Assembly: GCA_964106645.2 (NCBI GenBank)
Contig: OZ067043.1
From: Podarcis pityusensis
Lineage: Eukaryota
Direction: 5' to 3' (one strand)
DNA: 64,000 bases
Shown: positions 53,306 through 64,000 of the stretch, piece after piece
Position numbering within the stretch: position 1 is the first letter of the stretch
Layout of the letters: each line of letters begins with the position of its first letter
Program-made: the position numbers and the translations under genes
Notes under the pieces: generated by a model
Told to the model about the DNA's origin: nothing
The model's input: the letters and a program-made list of their open reading frames with translations, nothing else
Database searches by the model: none

Positions 53306-54251
53306 TAAAAACAACTTCATATTTACTAGAAGGATTCCTATTCTCACGTACTTGCAATTGTAGCTGTGAAGGTTGGCTGTGAAGGAAGAGAAATTATTCA
53401 AATGCTATCTTTATATTATGTTAGATTTACTGGTAAGTGTCAGAATTTTCTGACACATCCCACTGGTCTCCTAAAATGTTAAAGAGTTTGGGAAAAAATT
53501 ATGATAGCCATTGGGTTTCTGAGATATACCAACCACATAACTATAAAATCAAAGGTGAGAGAGATCCTCCAGCTCTTCACTCACAGTTTATGTGGCTTCA
53601 GTACTTCTTTTGAGAGCAGCCTGGAAGCAACCCATATTCTCGTCCAGCCTATCTCTTTTGCTCATTGAAGAGACATTCAGTAAAGGGGAGGATGGAAAGA
53701 CAGGGTTCTGGTAATGGCCCCTCTGGTAGGGGAGCAAACCCTATATATTCATAATATTCTGGTTCATGTACAGCATTTTTACATTTCCTCCCTCATCTTT
53801 TAAATCATGGGTATGCTGATTGTGAAAATTGTGCAGTGGGAAACTTCTCCCAGCATCATGTTGGGTCCTGCCTTCAGTATTGGACAGGGGAAAGTATTTT
53901 CTTCTGAAAATGGAAGATCTCAGCTACATAAACAGCATTTTTTAAAAAAATGTATCCAGTTTCAAAATAGAATGACAATTACTCAGAAAGATAAAACTTT
54001 AAACCTTCCCATTAAAAAAATTTCAGATATTGCATGTGGATAGTCTTTCCTTGTATGCAGCAAGGAGTATGTGATTTCCTTAGTATGAGTAATGCAGATC
54101 CAGTAAATAAGTAATCCATTATTAGTTTTCTGACATCATAAATGCAGTGATACAGAACAAGGTACATTCTCATTTGGGTAGGAAAAGTGCTTTTAAAATA
54201 TGTTTAGATTTGCTTAGGGTCTGACTCCTTTTATCTTTCTTTGGTTTGCAG

Positions 54252-54410
54252 GAATAAGTCTGCATCATTGACGCTGAATGTATTGACTGCTTGCCTTGGA
54301 GTAAAGGTGACTTTCTCCACTTTGGAATATGGTGCCTAACTTCAGCATCCCTGGATTTTTTGTGCCAGCAGTAGTTCTGTGCTGCTTGATGTCATCAACG
54401 GAGGCGGATA
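54252..54410 (+). other. PTPRF: Spliced exon (159 nt): 77 nt 5'UTR plus start of CDS of a PTPRF/LAR-like gene
   Basis: Polypyrimidine tract and acceptor (ttttatctttctttggtttgcag, AG at 54250-54251); near-consensus donor ATA|GTAAGT at 54410/54411; repeat-free sequence. Confidence 0.85.
54329..54410 (+). CDS. PTPRF: First coding exon, signal peptide of receptor-type tyrosine phosphatase F (LAR); partial CDS, phase-1 intron
   Basis: ATG in strong Kozak context (A at -3, G at +4). Translates MVPNFSIPGFFVPAVVLCCLMSSTEAD plus 1 nt, with a hydrophobic core and small-residue cleavage site (T-E-A|D). MVPN... start and ...AD|S phase-1 split match my recollection of non-mammalian PTPRF N-termini; not database-verified. 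Too short for the ORF track. Confidence 0.75.
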
Positions 54411-57400
54411 GTAAGTAGCACTCAGATGGGAATATTTTATGGCTGAGTAAATTTTCAGCAGATTTTATCTATCAAAAGTTGAACCAGAACTGACTGAAGC
54501 ACATTTATTTGTGACAGTGAAAGGGAAGGGCTGTGGGTCATTCAGTGTCAATTTGTTTCCAAAAATGTGTGATGCTTGCAAACAAGTCACAAAATGACTG
54601 CAGTATATTGAATCCGTTCATTGCTTTCCATTATCAAATTTTAGGTCATTTCGGATGAAAAAGAGAGGCAATAGTTGATTTTCTTACAAGACCTATTTTT
54701 GTTTGAAAGCACACATCTACCATATTTTTAATCATTCTTTTTTTCTTTTTCTTTGTCTTATGCCCTGTGGTATTGACTTGAACATTAAAGAAGTCTTCCA
54801 TGTGTTATCTGTGATGTTACATAGTTCTGACATATTCTTTTTAGCTATCTTATTCACAAGCTAATGAGTCATTTTGGTCCCTACTTACATGGAGAGTTTT
54901 CTTGTCCCTTTCTACATCTCTGTGTTGTATACACTTAAGACCCATCAATTTAAGTTAATGGGGAAGAGCTAAATGCTTATTGTTGAAAGTAGGTTTACTA
55001 CAATGAATTTCTATGAGGGCATTTTCATAACTTGTTTTATTTCCTGCTGTTTTCCTATTTAATCTTCAAAATCTTGTGTGTCCCCCGCCTTTTGGATGAC
55101 AATTATATACTACACAAATGTGTTCAGTGAATGGGTCACAAGCTAATTCAGAACACACAATATATAAGTAAAGTCATTGTAGCTGCTGGGAAATATATGC
55201 TGAGGTAGCACCTGTTGTTAAGGGCTATCCATCTCTGCTGCAATCTGTTGTTATTGCCACAGAATTGTAAATAGTAGAACTGGAGTAAAAAAGGGAGAGT
55301 GCTTTTTATGCAATCTTTTTTCCATTGAAAAGTGCTCCCCTTGGTGAAGGTGCTCCGTTCAGTGCATTCAGAGTGAGAACAGGAAGTAATAGTCATTATT
55401 CATTGTACTGGCCTCATTCTGAATTGGCTGTGTGTCATTGTGATGCCATCTACCTCATCCAGTTGTCCTTAAGATGAAACAAGTGCAGAAGCAGCTACTG
55501 AGGACAGCAAAGCAGGTGCAAAAACATAAGCATATTTTTTGTTTGTTTGTGAAGGTGGTGGTGCACTTCCAATCGGAAAATATGTTTAATGAGGATAGGA
55601 GGTGTGGGTACAGTATAGTACAGTATACTGTACACTATAGTACAGTATAGTGCCTCAAAGATGGGAATTAGTAAATGTTCATTTATATGCTTATACACTG
55701 CCTCATCTGCACACAAAGCTTGTTACACAAAACATCATGCTAAAGCAATCAGAATAGCACTTGCTTCCCCCTCCCGCTCCCCCAGCATTAAATCATGTGG
55801 TCTCTTCCTTCTAGAGAGAGAAATCCCTTGTGATTTTTCTCATTCCCTCCTAGGAGACTTTAAGTACATGCTGCGGACCTGAAGGGGAGTGTGGGAAAAG
55901 ACAGATGGGTGGGAGAGAGGGGGCTCCTCCCCTCCCCACCTCCAAAGGCCAGTTGCCACTCCTGTTGTTTTCTGCATGGTTTAACTTTTTGCCAGTAATT
56001 AGCACTGCTGCAAATTGATGGATTCATATTCTTTCTCACAGAGTTACAGGTACAGGCATTTTATTTTATTTACGGTATTTCTTCCAGTTCTTAAATTCTC
56101 CTTGAGCTGGAATAACTTGCTTAGCTAATTTTATACCATTCTGTTAAGCAGAACCAGAAATGAGGCAATGAATGATCCATGCTTCATCCATTTCTGTGTA
56201 GCGGCCACAGTATGTGATTATATCAACTTTCTGTTCTCTGAAGCAGTAGTAGTACTAGTACTCCAAAAGGTTTGTAGTGTGGATTAATTGAGGATCACAT
56301 GAGGAAACCTTTGGAGACCAATACTTCCTCACAAAGCCTCACAATGGTGTAACATGTCCTCCTTCCTTATATCTTATGAAGGGCTGCTTCACTGGTAACA
56401 GATTTGCTTGGCAGTGATATATCTCTGCATGGGGGGGGGGGAAACATTTTTTGGTATTACTTGAAATACAGCAGTTAATTTTACTTCAAAAAACACAGAT
56501 AAGCACCACAGCACGCTCTCATGCTCTGTTTTCTGTGCAATAATGTACATGGTTTTTATTGTACAACAATTATTTCCATGTAGGGAAAAGATCACGTGTT
56601 AAGCAGCCCTGAGGCGTGTTGAGAAAACAGAAATCTAAGGCCTCTTCTCTCTTCCTTGCACAGAATTACTTCCTGAGTGGGAAGGCAGTTTTTGTGTCAC
56701 TGCAGCCTGGATGACCTTGAGGCACACAGATTAACATAGGCTTTGTTGCATGTGATAGGTGGCTTGGTCTTGATGTGTGACTCTAAATTCCAATTTTTCC
56801 CTTATCCGTCCTCTCTGGCGCTCTTGATAACAAGGCGATACTGTTCAGAGCAAATTGGTCTGAATCACTGCATTAGGGGGACAGAATGGAAGTGCATCAG
56901 CTGCAATTGGCAGCACTGCTGAACATTGGCAATTTCATTTTTCCTTGCTGTCTGTGTGACAGGCAGGAATCAGAGCAATCAAATGCCCAGTTAAGTGCTG
57001 ACGCTACCTGGAGATGGAAATTGCGTGTTTTACAGAAAAGACAAATCCTCTAAAACACCATGCAGTTGTGGCTGTCTGTTTTCTGCAAAAACAGAATATG
57101 TTGGTGAATAACAATACAAAACGGTTATTCAGGGGGAAAAAGGAAGCCTAGAAAAGGACTGATTGGCAACTCATTTTATTTATTTATTTAATTTGGAGGC
57201 AGGCATTCGCCTTGTTTACGTGAAGATAAAATTTGCATACGCATGGCCCAGCCTACCTAATTTGCGCACAGGCATTCCCCTCTGCTTCTCTGAAATCACT
57301 GAGAAGTACTATAGGAGTGTCAAGGCCAATTAATATCTGCCAAGTGTTTTGAATGCCTCAGTTGTAAGGTGATAGTACAGAATGCAGCTATAAATGACCT

Positions 57401-59231
57401 AAGTCCCTGGGCTTTGTGAGAGAATTATGCCTAGAAATGGAGCATAATTGATAATGCAGCAGGGTGTGCATGGATCACTTGTGCTGTGTGTATCTGAAAG
57501 CAGAGTTCCGCGAAAGCCCATAACCTAGGGTCTCCCACTCTCAAAATCTGCTTTGTTGTTACTGCAGCAGATTTTACTGCTGCTGCTCTAGCTTCTTGAT
57601 AATTAGGCAGCTGTGCACATAGTAAGACATTTCAGGGTGAAATAAAACAGATTGTTAGAGTGTCATTTAGTGGGACTGGCATAAGGAATAAATATGGACT
57701 CTCTGAGAATTAAGTTTTCAGGATAGTCTTGAAATATATGTATGTGACTCAGATATTTCAAAATGGAGGGATTACCCTTCTGTAACAACAACAACAACAA
57801 CAACCACTAGGATTAGCCAGATATATTTGTTGAGATGGCATAAACATTGCTCGTCAAAATAGAGGGTGACGCCTTTAGTGGTATATGTCTGATATGTGTT
57901 TAAAATATATATACACAAGCTAATTTGATGGAACACTTCCAAATTTTCCTTTGCAGAGTATAGAATTTTTTTTATTTTTTATTTTTTTTAAATCAAATTT
58001 CCTCTGATCTGACTGTTTCTGTCAGGGTGACCCTAATTCCATTACAGCATTTTGGAAGCAATTCAGGATGATTGTTCTATACTTTCTCCCTCAGCTTCTT
58101 CGTGTTTGTCTTTTATGTGCCCTCTCTGCTTCCCCTTCTGTCAGCTCTTGACTGTGCAAGGGAAAATAGCTTTGCAGATTTCATTTAATGTTCATTTCAA
58201 TTGTCAAGGAAAAGATGCTCTTTCCAGGCTTTTGGAATATATTGCTTACTAAAACCCCAAACACTGCAAATCTTTTTCTGAAAACCAGGAAATGAAAATC
58301 AATTCTTTCAGCAGAGGCCATTGAGGCTGTTGTGCGTTTCCCTCCTCTTTATTAGGCTTTGTGTCTGAGGTTCTGGGCAAGGCTTCCATTAGCTGGGGGC
58401 AGGTCTGGGTGACCCACCAGAGTTTCAGATAATCTCAAACAGAGTTTCAAATCCTTTGAAGAAGAAAAAAAAGCCACATCAGAAATGACCTGGCGTGATG
58501 GAGGAACAAAAGTGAAGCTTATATAAATGGAGGTGTGAACCAACATAGGATATGCTCAATTACCTGCACTTGACTTCTTGACATTTGGGAGGAACTGCAT
58601 TTCTTTGGAGAAAGAGCATGGATGGGGCCTCAGGAAAGAGAGCAGTTCCGTCACTGCAGAATCTGGGGCTTATATGAATGTCAATTGTATGTTTTCTTCT
58701 GATCTTGTTAATAATGGTTTGCAGAACATACAGCACATGTGCACTTCTTTAATTTCAAAAAATTGAAAACCCATAACAAATGGCAACATTTTGGGGATGT
58801 GGGTTGGAGGAATAGTCTCTCTTATTAGTGGGACATGGCTCTCTCTCTTACAGTTGCTGGAGCTTACGTGGCACCTGTTTAAGGAGAGTAGACTTGCATC
58901 ATAGGTGCCTGGCATCCCTCCATGGGGACTTAGTAAGTTTAATAGTTTTAGGGGTCTTACACTGACATATGGGCAAGGCATGCCATCCCTTTCTAATATT
59001 ATTTTATTTTTGTTTTGTTTTGTTACATTTATATTCTGCTCTTCTTCCAAAGGAACACAGGGTGCCAAGTGGCAGGCCTTAGAATGGCCTTCCAGTTATA
59101 GTCTACCGTTCTTCTTACTGCCTACCCAGCAGTTCAAAAGCATACCAGTATGAGCAGATCAATAGGTACCATTGCAATATATAGATATAAATATAATAAT
59201 AAAAAATACATCATAGAGCAAGCTGAAAGAG

Positions 59232-59233
<2 letters not shown>

Positions 59234-59282
<49 letters not shown>

Positions 59283-59287
59283 TGTGT
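59234..59287. repeat. Compound (CT)n(GT)n microsatellite
   Basis: Direct reading. Confidence 0.95.
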
Positions 59288-59931
59288 CTTAACACAAGTA
59301 GAGCCAGATACTAGAGGATGCCAAAATACATTTGGTATCTACCAAGAATGAATCTAACTCTAATGGGGTCAGAAGTCATAGTATCCAAATCCCTTTATGC
59401 ACAGATGAGCACAACAGTCTTACTGGGGTCATTTAACTTGCTAACCTTTCCCCAAAGGAAAAATGTGGGTGTTCTTGGTTCTGTCATATGCACTAGTTGC
59501 TCAAGGTTTAATGAGACCTTGAGTATTAAGATGCATCAAACTTGACTGATAGTTTTTTGTTATCTTCCGTTATTATTTATACGTGGCATTATCAGGATAC
59601 ATGACACCTCACATAATAACAGAAACAAAAGACTGGGTCCTGACCTCTGGATCTTAACATTTGAACTTAGTGGTGGAGGGCGGTAAAGAGAGGCACAGAG
59701 CTAATGAGGGCTGACATCAAGCAGATGCAGTTACTTTGGGTTTAATGTGCATTTTTATTCCTTTAAAAAAAAAATAAAAACATTCTTACAACTGTTTCTG
59801 TGAAGATTGCAACCTGGGGTATTGTAATCCCCGCTCTTGGTGTAGCTTCAGATTGTGAGCAGCATTTACTCATGATATGTTAATATAATGAACCTGGAAC
59901 AAAGAGATGTCATCCTACAACATATGCATAT

Positions 59932-60379
59932 TGTCAGGGAACTGCCATCAGCCCAGAGGCGAGAGGTGGAAGGGCACCTGGGTTACAGGGAGCCTCCAAA
60001 GATTGTGAGAAGCAGCACTTCCTCAGCCGACGAGGAAAGCCACGGCTCCAGTGGGGAAGGGGTGCAGGGCTCAGAGGATGCAAGAGGGAGCCACAGCACC
60101 TAACAAAGCGGGGGGGGGAGGCAGGTCCCCCTCTGCCCACACCCTCTTTGCACAGTCGGTTCACGCGCAGAGAGGGGAGGTGTAGGATGGGGGTCAAAAG
60201 ACTACTCTTCTGGGGAAAGTTTAAGGACCGCCCACTCCCAGATTCTGCTAGTGACTGAGTAGACATGGAATTGAGTTGATCTGCATTGTGAACATTTTGG
60301 ACAGATAATAAAGCCTTGAAAAGACCAACGGGAAGTCTTGCCTGTTCTCTCTCGAGCAACCACGCCGGCACTCATAACA
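59932..60379 (+). mobile_element. Solo LTR (Gypsy-like), 448 bp
   Basis: TGTCAGG...CATAACA termini, perfect 5-bp TSD catat (59927-59931, 60380-60384), AATAAA at 60307-60312, CpGs retained. Confidence 0.85.
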
Positions 60380-60454
60380 CATATAGACTATTGTCCCTAA
60401 ATAATTATTCCTATCCTGTTATAGAAGGAAGCCCCATTTCAGCAGGCCTTATTA

Positions 60455-60696
60455 CAGTGGTACCTCGGGTTAAGTACTTAATTTGTTCCGGAGGTCCGTT
60501 CTTAACCTGAAATTGTTCTTAACCTGAAGCATCACTTTAGCTAATGCGGCCTCCCACTGCCGCCGTGCCGCCAGAGCATGATTTCTGTTCTCATCCTGAA
60601 GCAAAGCTCTTAACCTGAGATACTATTTCTGGGTTAGCGGAGTCTGTAACCTGAAGCGTATGTAACCTGAAGCGTATGTAACCTGAGGTACCACTG
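60455..60696 (+). mobile_element. Tigger/pogo-like MITE, main family, copy 6
   Basis: TA|cagtggtacctcgggttaag...gtaacctgaggtaccactg|TA. Confidence 0.93.
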
Positions 60697-60959
60697 TATT
60701 TAGTACCTTCCAGAGTGGTAACTGTGTTTTTCTGTTGCAGCAAAATGTAAACTTTGTGCACCACAGTCTGCAATGTGAAAACTCTGAATTACGTTACAAG
60801 AAGAGGTTCAGTGCTATTGCTTGAGGACTGAACTGAGTGAAAGTATTTTGGGCACATAATGTGTGTTGATTTGCTTCCCAACACCAGGATATTTAACAGC
60901 AACTGGTTTGTGAATGACTACGGTTAATTATAAAATTATCGCTCTGTATATTTCCCCCT

Positions 60960-61150
60960 GTATTACATTTCCCCCTCACTTCATTGTTTACAATCCCCTT
61001 CCCACAAACACTATGCATACGTACCTGCTTCTCAGGGTATCAATTCATCCAACTGGTGAAGTGGACTGTAACCCACAAAAGCCTAAAAATAAGTTTGTTT
61101 GTTTTAAAAGTACTACAAGAATCCTTGTTCATACTGTTTAGTGACACGAA
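60960..61150 (+). mobile_element. Penelope-like element 3'/pseudo-LTR fragment
   Basis: ctggtgaagtggactgtaacccacaaaagcc...tttgtttgttttaaaagtactacaagaatcc matches the decayed Penelope terminal pattern. Confidence 0.6.
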
Positions 61151-62694
61151 GGATATATGTTTTGTGCATCTCAATGATTGCATTGGCTAGAGTCACATAA
61201 TACCCAGAATTTATTTATTATGTGATTGTGAAAAACATTGTTGCTTGCATTGTTTTTAATATATTATGTTGGTGTTTACATTGCAAAACTACTGTCTGTT
61301 TTCCTGGGTAAGCTTGTTTTGGGGATTTGCATGTGTTAATTACTGATGTGCTTGTGCATCACATGAAAATCCTTCCTATTGTAATTAATATTTGCTCAGA
61401 TATTCTTGGTCTATCAGTATGGACAGGGAGATCAAAGAGAAGCCAATCTTCTATAAGCTTAGATTTACCAGATGTAAATTCATAAAGGATTGGATGTGGG
61501 GATTGAGGAATGTCTCCACTAGATCTATTTTGCTCATTTTGCTTTCTGCTTTGTGGTTAGATTCCTATTTATTTATTAGTATTTCAGACTGCTATTCTAG
61601 TCTATTTATCTTAGAGAGAAAAAATGTATTTTTTAAAAGCAGAATTTGGATAATCACATTCCTTAGAATCAGATCAACCAGACTGTTGCAGTTTGATCTA
61701 GATAGCAAGATAAATTTTCTTGCTTGTCTCTATTTCCCCCCATATAGTAAAGATTACCCAAATAAAATCAGTGAATCCAATCCTGTTGCTACTCAGAAGT
61801 ATAAAGAACTAAGGATCAGGGCCATAAGCTAAAGGGGTTAACCGTACAGTAGCCAATCATATGAATCTGTTGTAAGCAAATTTTAAGCTGGTGAAAAGCA
61901 CATAGTGGAATTTCTTGGAATCAGAGGTGTAGTGTTAAGACTACCTTGTTTCCAAATAATCTTACTACTTAGGTTTTTTTGTTTTTTGTTTAGCCAACTG
62001 AGGTAGCAAGTAGTTGCAGTGTGATGGGCCTGGCTGTGAGTTAAGTTAATAGAATATTGACATTGCTAATGCCCTGCTCAGTTCATAGCTCTTGCTGATG
62101 GAAACATAAACGTCTCCTCTTGAACCCACTTGGGGAAACTACAGTGCAAGGCTTTTGAACAAATTTAGAATGACTGCAATCTGTGTAATAAGAGCAAATA
62201 TTAGGATTTTAAATGAATAACATCACTGGGGAAGCAGGCAGTATGGTATTTAAATTATATTCCATAGCTTTTCATGCCCTGGAAATATGCAAAAACAAGT
62301 TAAAATTTAAAATGACAATGATGATGATATCTTGCAGCAAAAGGAGAAAATGCTGCTGGTGAAGAATTTGTGTATAGAAAGCACTGCTGACATACTATCA
62401 TACATAGCACCAGAGAGTCTAGTGTTCTTGCAATTTGATCCTTGAAAAGCCTTAAACATTGTCACACCTTCCTTTTCATTTACCAATAATCTATAGTCAG
62501 CATTATTATACTTTACCCTGTCTCCCCCCCCCAAAAAAAAAAAATATTTAAAGATGGTTTTTCGGTTCCAGGTGGTATGTCAGAATTTGTGTTTTCTATT
62601 CTCAGTAAGTCTGTCTAATTAGGAGGGTGCGGACATTCTCACTCCATCTGAATTTGATTACAGCAGGGATTATGAGAGAAAGCGAGAGCTAGAG

Positions 62695-62876
62695 CAGCGG
62701 TTCTCAAAGGGTGTGGTAAGAGAGGATAGCAAGTGTGGTGAGAAATTTCAAGGACAATCAAAAAAACATTTAATCGTTTCAGTGTAATATATTATATTCT
62801 AGTATTAAAATTAATTGTAGAATATGGATAGATATATTTTCAAAATCAAGCACTGCTAGGAGTTTGAGAACCACTG
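62695..62876. mobile_element. hAT-Charlie MITE
   Basis: TIRs cagcggttctcaaa / tttgagaaccactg; 8-bp TSD agctagag/atctaggg (6/8, CTAG core). Confidence 0.82.
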
Positions 62877-63166
62877 ATCTAGGGTGTAAGGCAACCTGAA
62901 GTAAGATGCAGAAAATCCCATGCAAACCTGAGTCTGAGGCTGCAGTTCTAAGCACACTTGTGACAAAAAATAAACCTACAAGTAGAACTGGAGCCTGGTA
63001 TTTTGGTACCCAAGGCAAACAACCTGAAATGCACTCATAAGCCAACACCATATTTTATTGTTTAAAAATTATCAACAGTTGTAATAAATTGGTAAAGCAA
63101 CAAGTACATATCATTTACCTATTTTTTCCAGTTTTGGTAAAACTACAATAGCAATTTGATCAGAAA

Positions 63167-63179
63167 TGATAGATGATAG

Positions 63180-63228
<49 letters not shown>

Positions 63229-63250
63229 TAGATGGTATAGATATAGATAG
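63167..63250. repeat. (GATA)n microsatellite
   Basis: Direct reading; degenerate at edges. Confidence 0.95.
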
Positions 63251-63435
63251 AGTAATGTTTATCACATCAGTAGACAAATTGTAAATATAATGTAGGATAT
63301 TGAATAACACTGGCTGGTATGCAACTACGTAACTCAAGGTTGTGTTTTGGCATGCTAGGCATGGATAATTTCGTTCTCTTCTGCTGCCCCAACCGAGCCA
63401 ATTGTGGGGAAGCAGACAGGATAAAGTTCTGTTAC

Positions 63436-63789
63436 CAGGCCTGGCCCAATATATTTTGGCACCTGAGGAAAACTCCCAAAGAGGCACCCCTATCCCCACT
63501 AGGAGAGAAGCATTGAGTGAAGATCTGTGTCAGAAAGAAGGGGAGAATAAATATGTACATTGGTATCTGCTGCCCCGTGAATCCTAGTGCCCGTGCTGGT
63601 TGCCTCATGGGTGAGCCAACCCTGTCTGTCACATGTGAGAATCCTTGCCACTCATTAGTTGAATCCTGTGCACTTTGTACATGTTTATACACACGCACAC
63701 ACATACACCATTAATCATGATTTAGGTGCCCCCTTGAATCAGGCACCCAGGGCAAGAACTCTGTTTCCCCCACTCTAGTTCCAGCCCTA
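63436..63789. mobile_element. Probable hAT (Tip100-like) non-autonomous element
   Basis: caggcctggccc start, repeated ggcacc/ggtgccccc subterminal motifs, ...ccagcccta end. Confidence 0.45.
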
Positions 63790-64000
63790 TACACTAGACT
63801 TCTTTCTGAGTAAACATACACGTGTATATGATTGCATTGCGATCCCGCTTGACATCTCCAAGATTGCAGGTTCCAAAGAAGACATTGCTTTGAATCACGA
63901 CAAGATGTGTGCTAGCAAGAATAATTTTTCACAAAGCTCACTCTGATATCTCTTACATAATAAATCCAATAAATCATTGGTTTTAATTTTGCTAGAACCA

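Noticed and set aside
61392-61832. 146-aa ORF as a gene or next PTPRF exon
   Set aside because: TTG start, AT-rich low-information peptide, no Ig-domain motif.
62695-62876. SPIN transposon
   Set aside because: It shares only the generic CAGCGGTTCTCAA hAT terminus; the following sequence does not match what I recall of SPIN.
1-64000. Most ORFs in the six-frame track as host genes
   Set aside because: They are short, compositionally random, often start at non-ATG codons and lack splice-supported homology. The recognisable ones are TE-derived (L2, CR1, Bov-B, DIRS, LTR, MITE).

Overview
Eukaryotic, CpG-poor vertebrate DNA. The repeat content (Sauria SINE, Squam2/Squam3-type SINEs, Bov-B, CR1, L2, DIRS, Penelope) points to a squamate, probably a lacertid lizard. 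The window is almost entirely intronic. I can support only one host exon: 54252-54410 (+), with a 77-nt 5'UTR part and an 82-nt CDS start encoding a signal peptide (MVPNFSIPGFFVPAVVLCCLMSSTEAD, phase-1 GT donor). From recall, this best fits the first coding exon of PTPRF (LAR receptor tyrosine phosphatase). I saw no CpG-island promoter and no following Ig-domain exon in the window. The rest is transposon fossils, microsatellites and several unique blocks that may be conserved enhancers. The fossils include nine Tigger/pogo-type MITEs, hAT MITEs (one OC1-like), a nested DNA-transposon stack and solo LTRs. I found no convincing new multi-gene system. The best leads are: inverted MITE copies bracketing the ATG exon, solo LTRs that keep an open frame from their second base, a perfect 16-bp hairpin in unique sequence, a Met-Tyr-stop uORF and a decayed Penelope hammerhead. 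Family names come from pattern recognition, not database searches.
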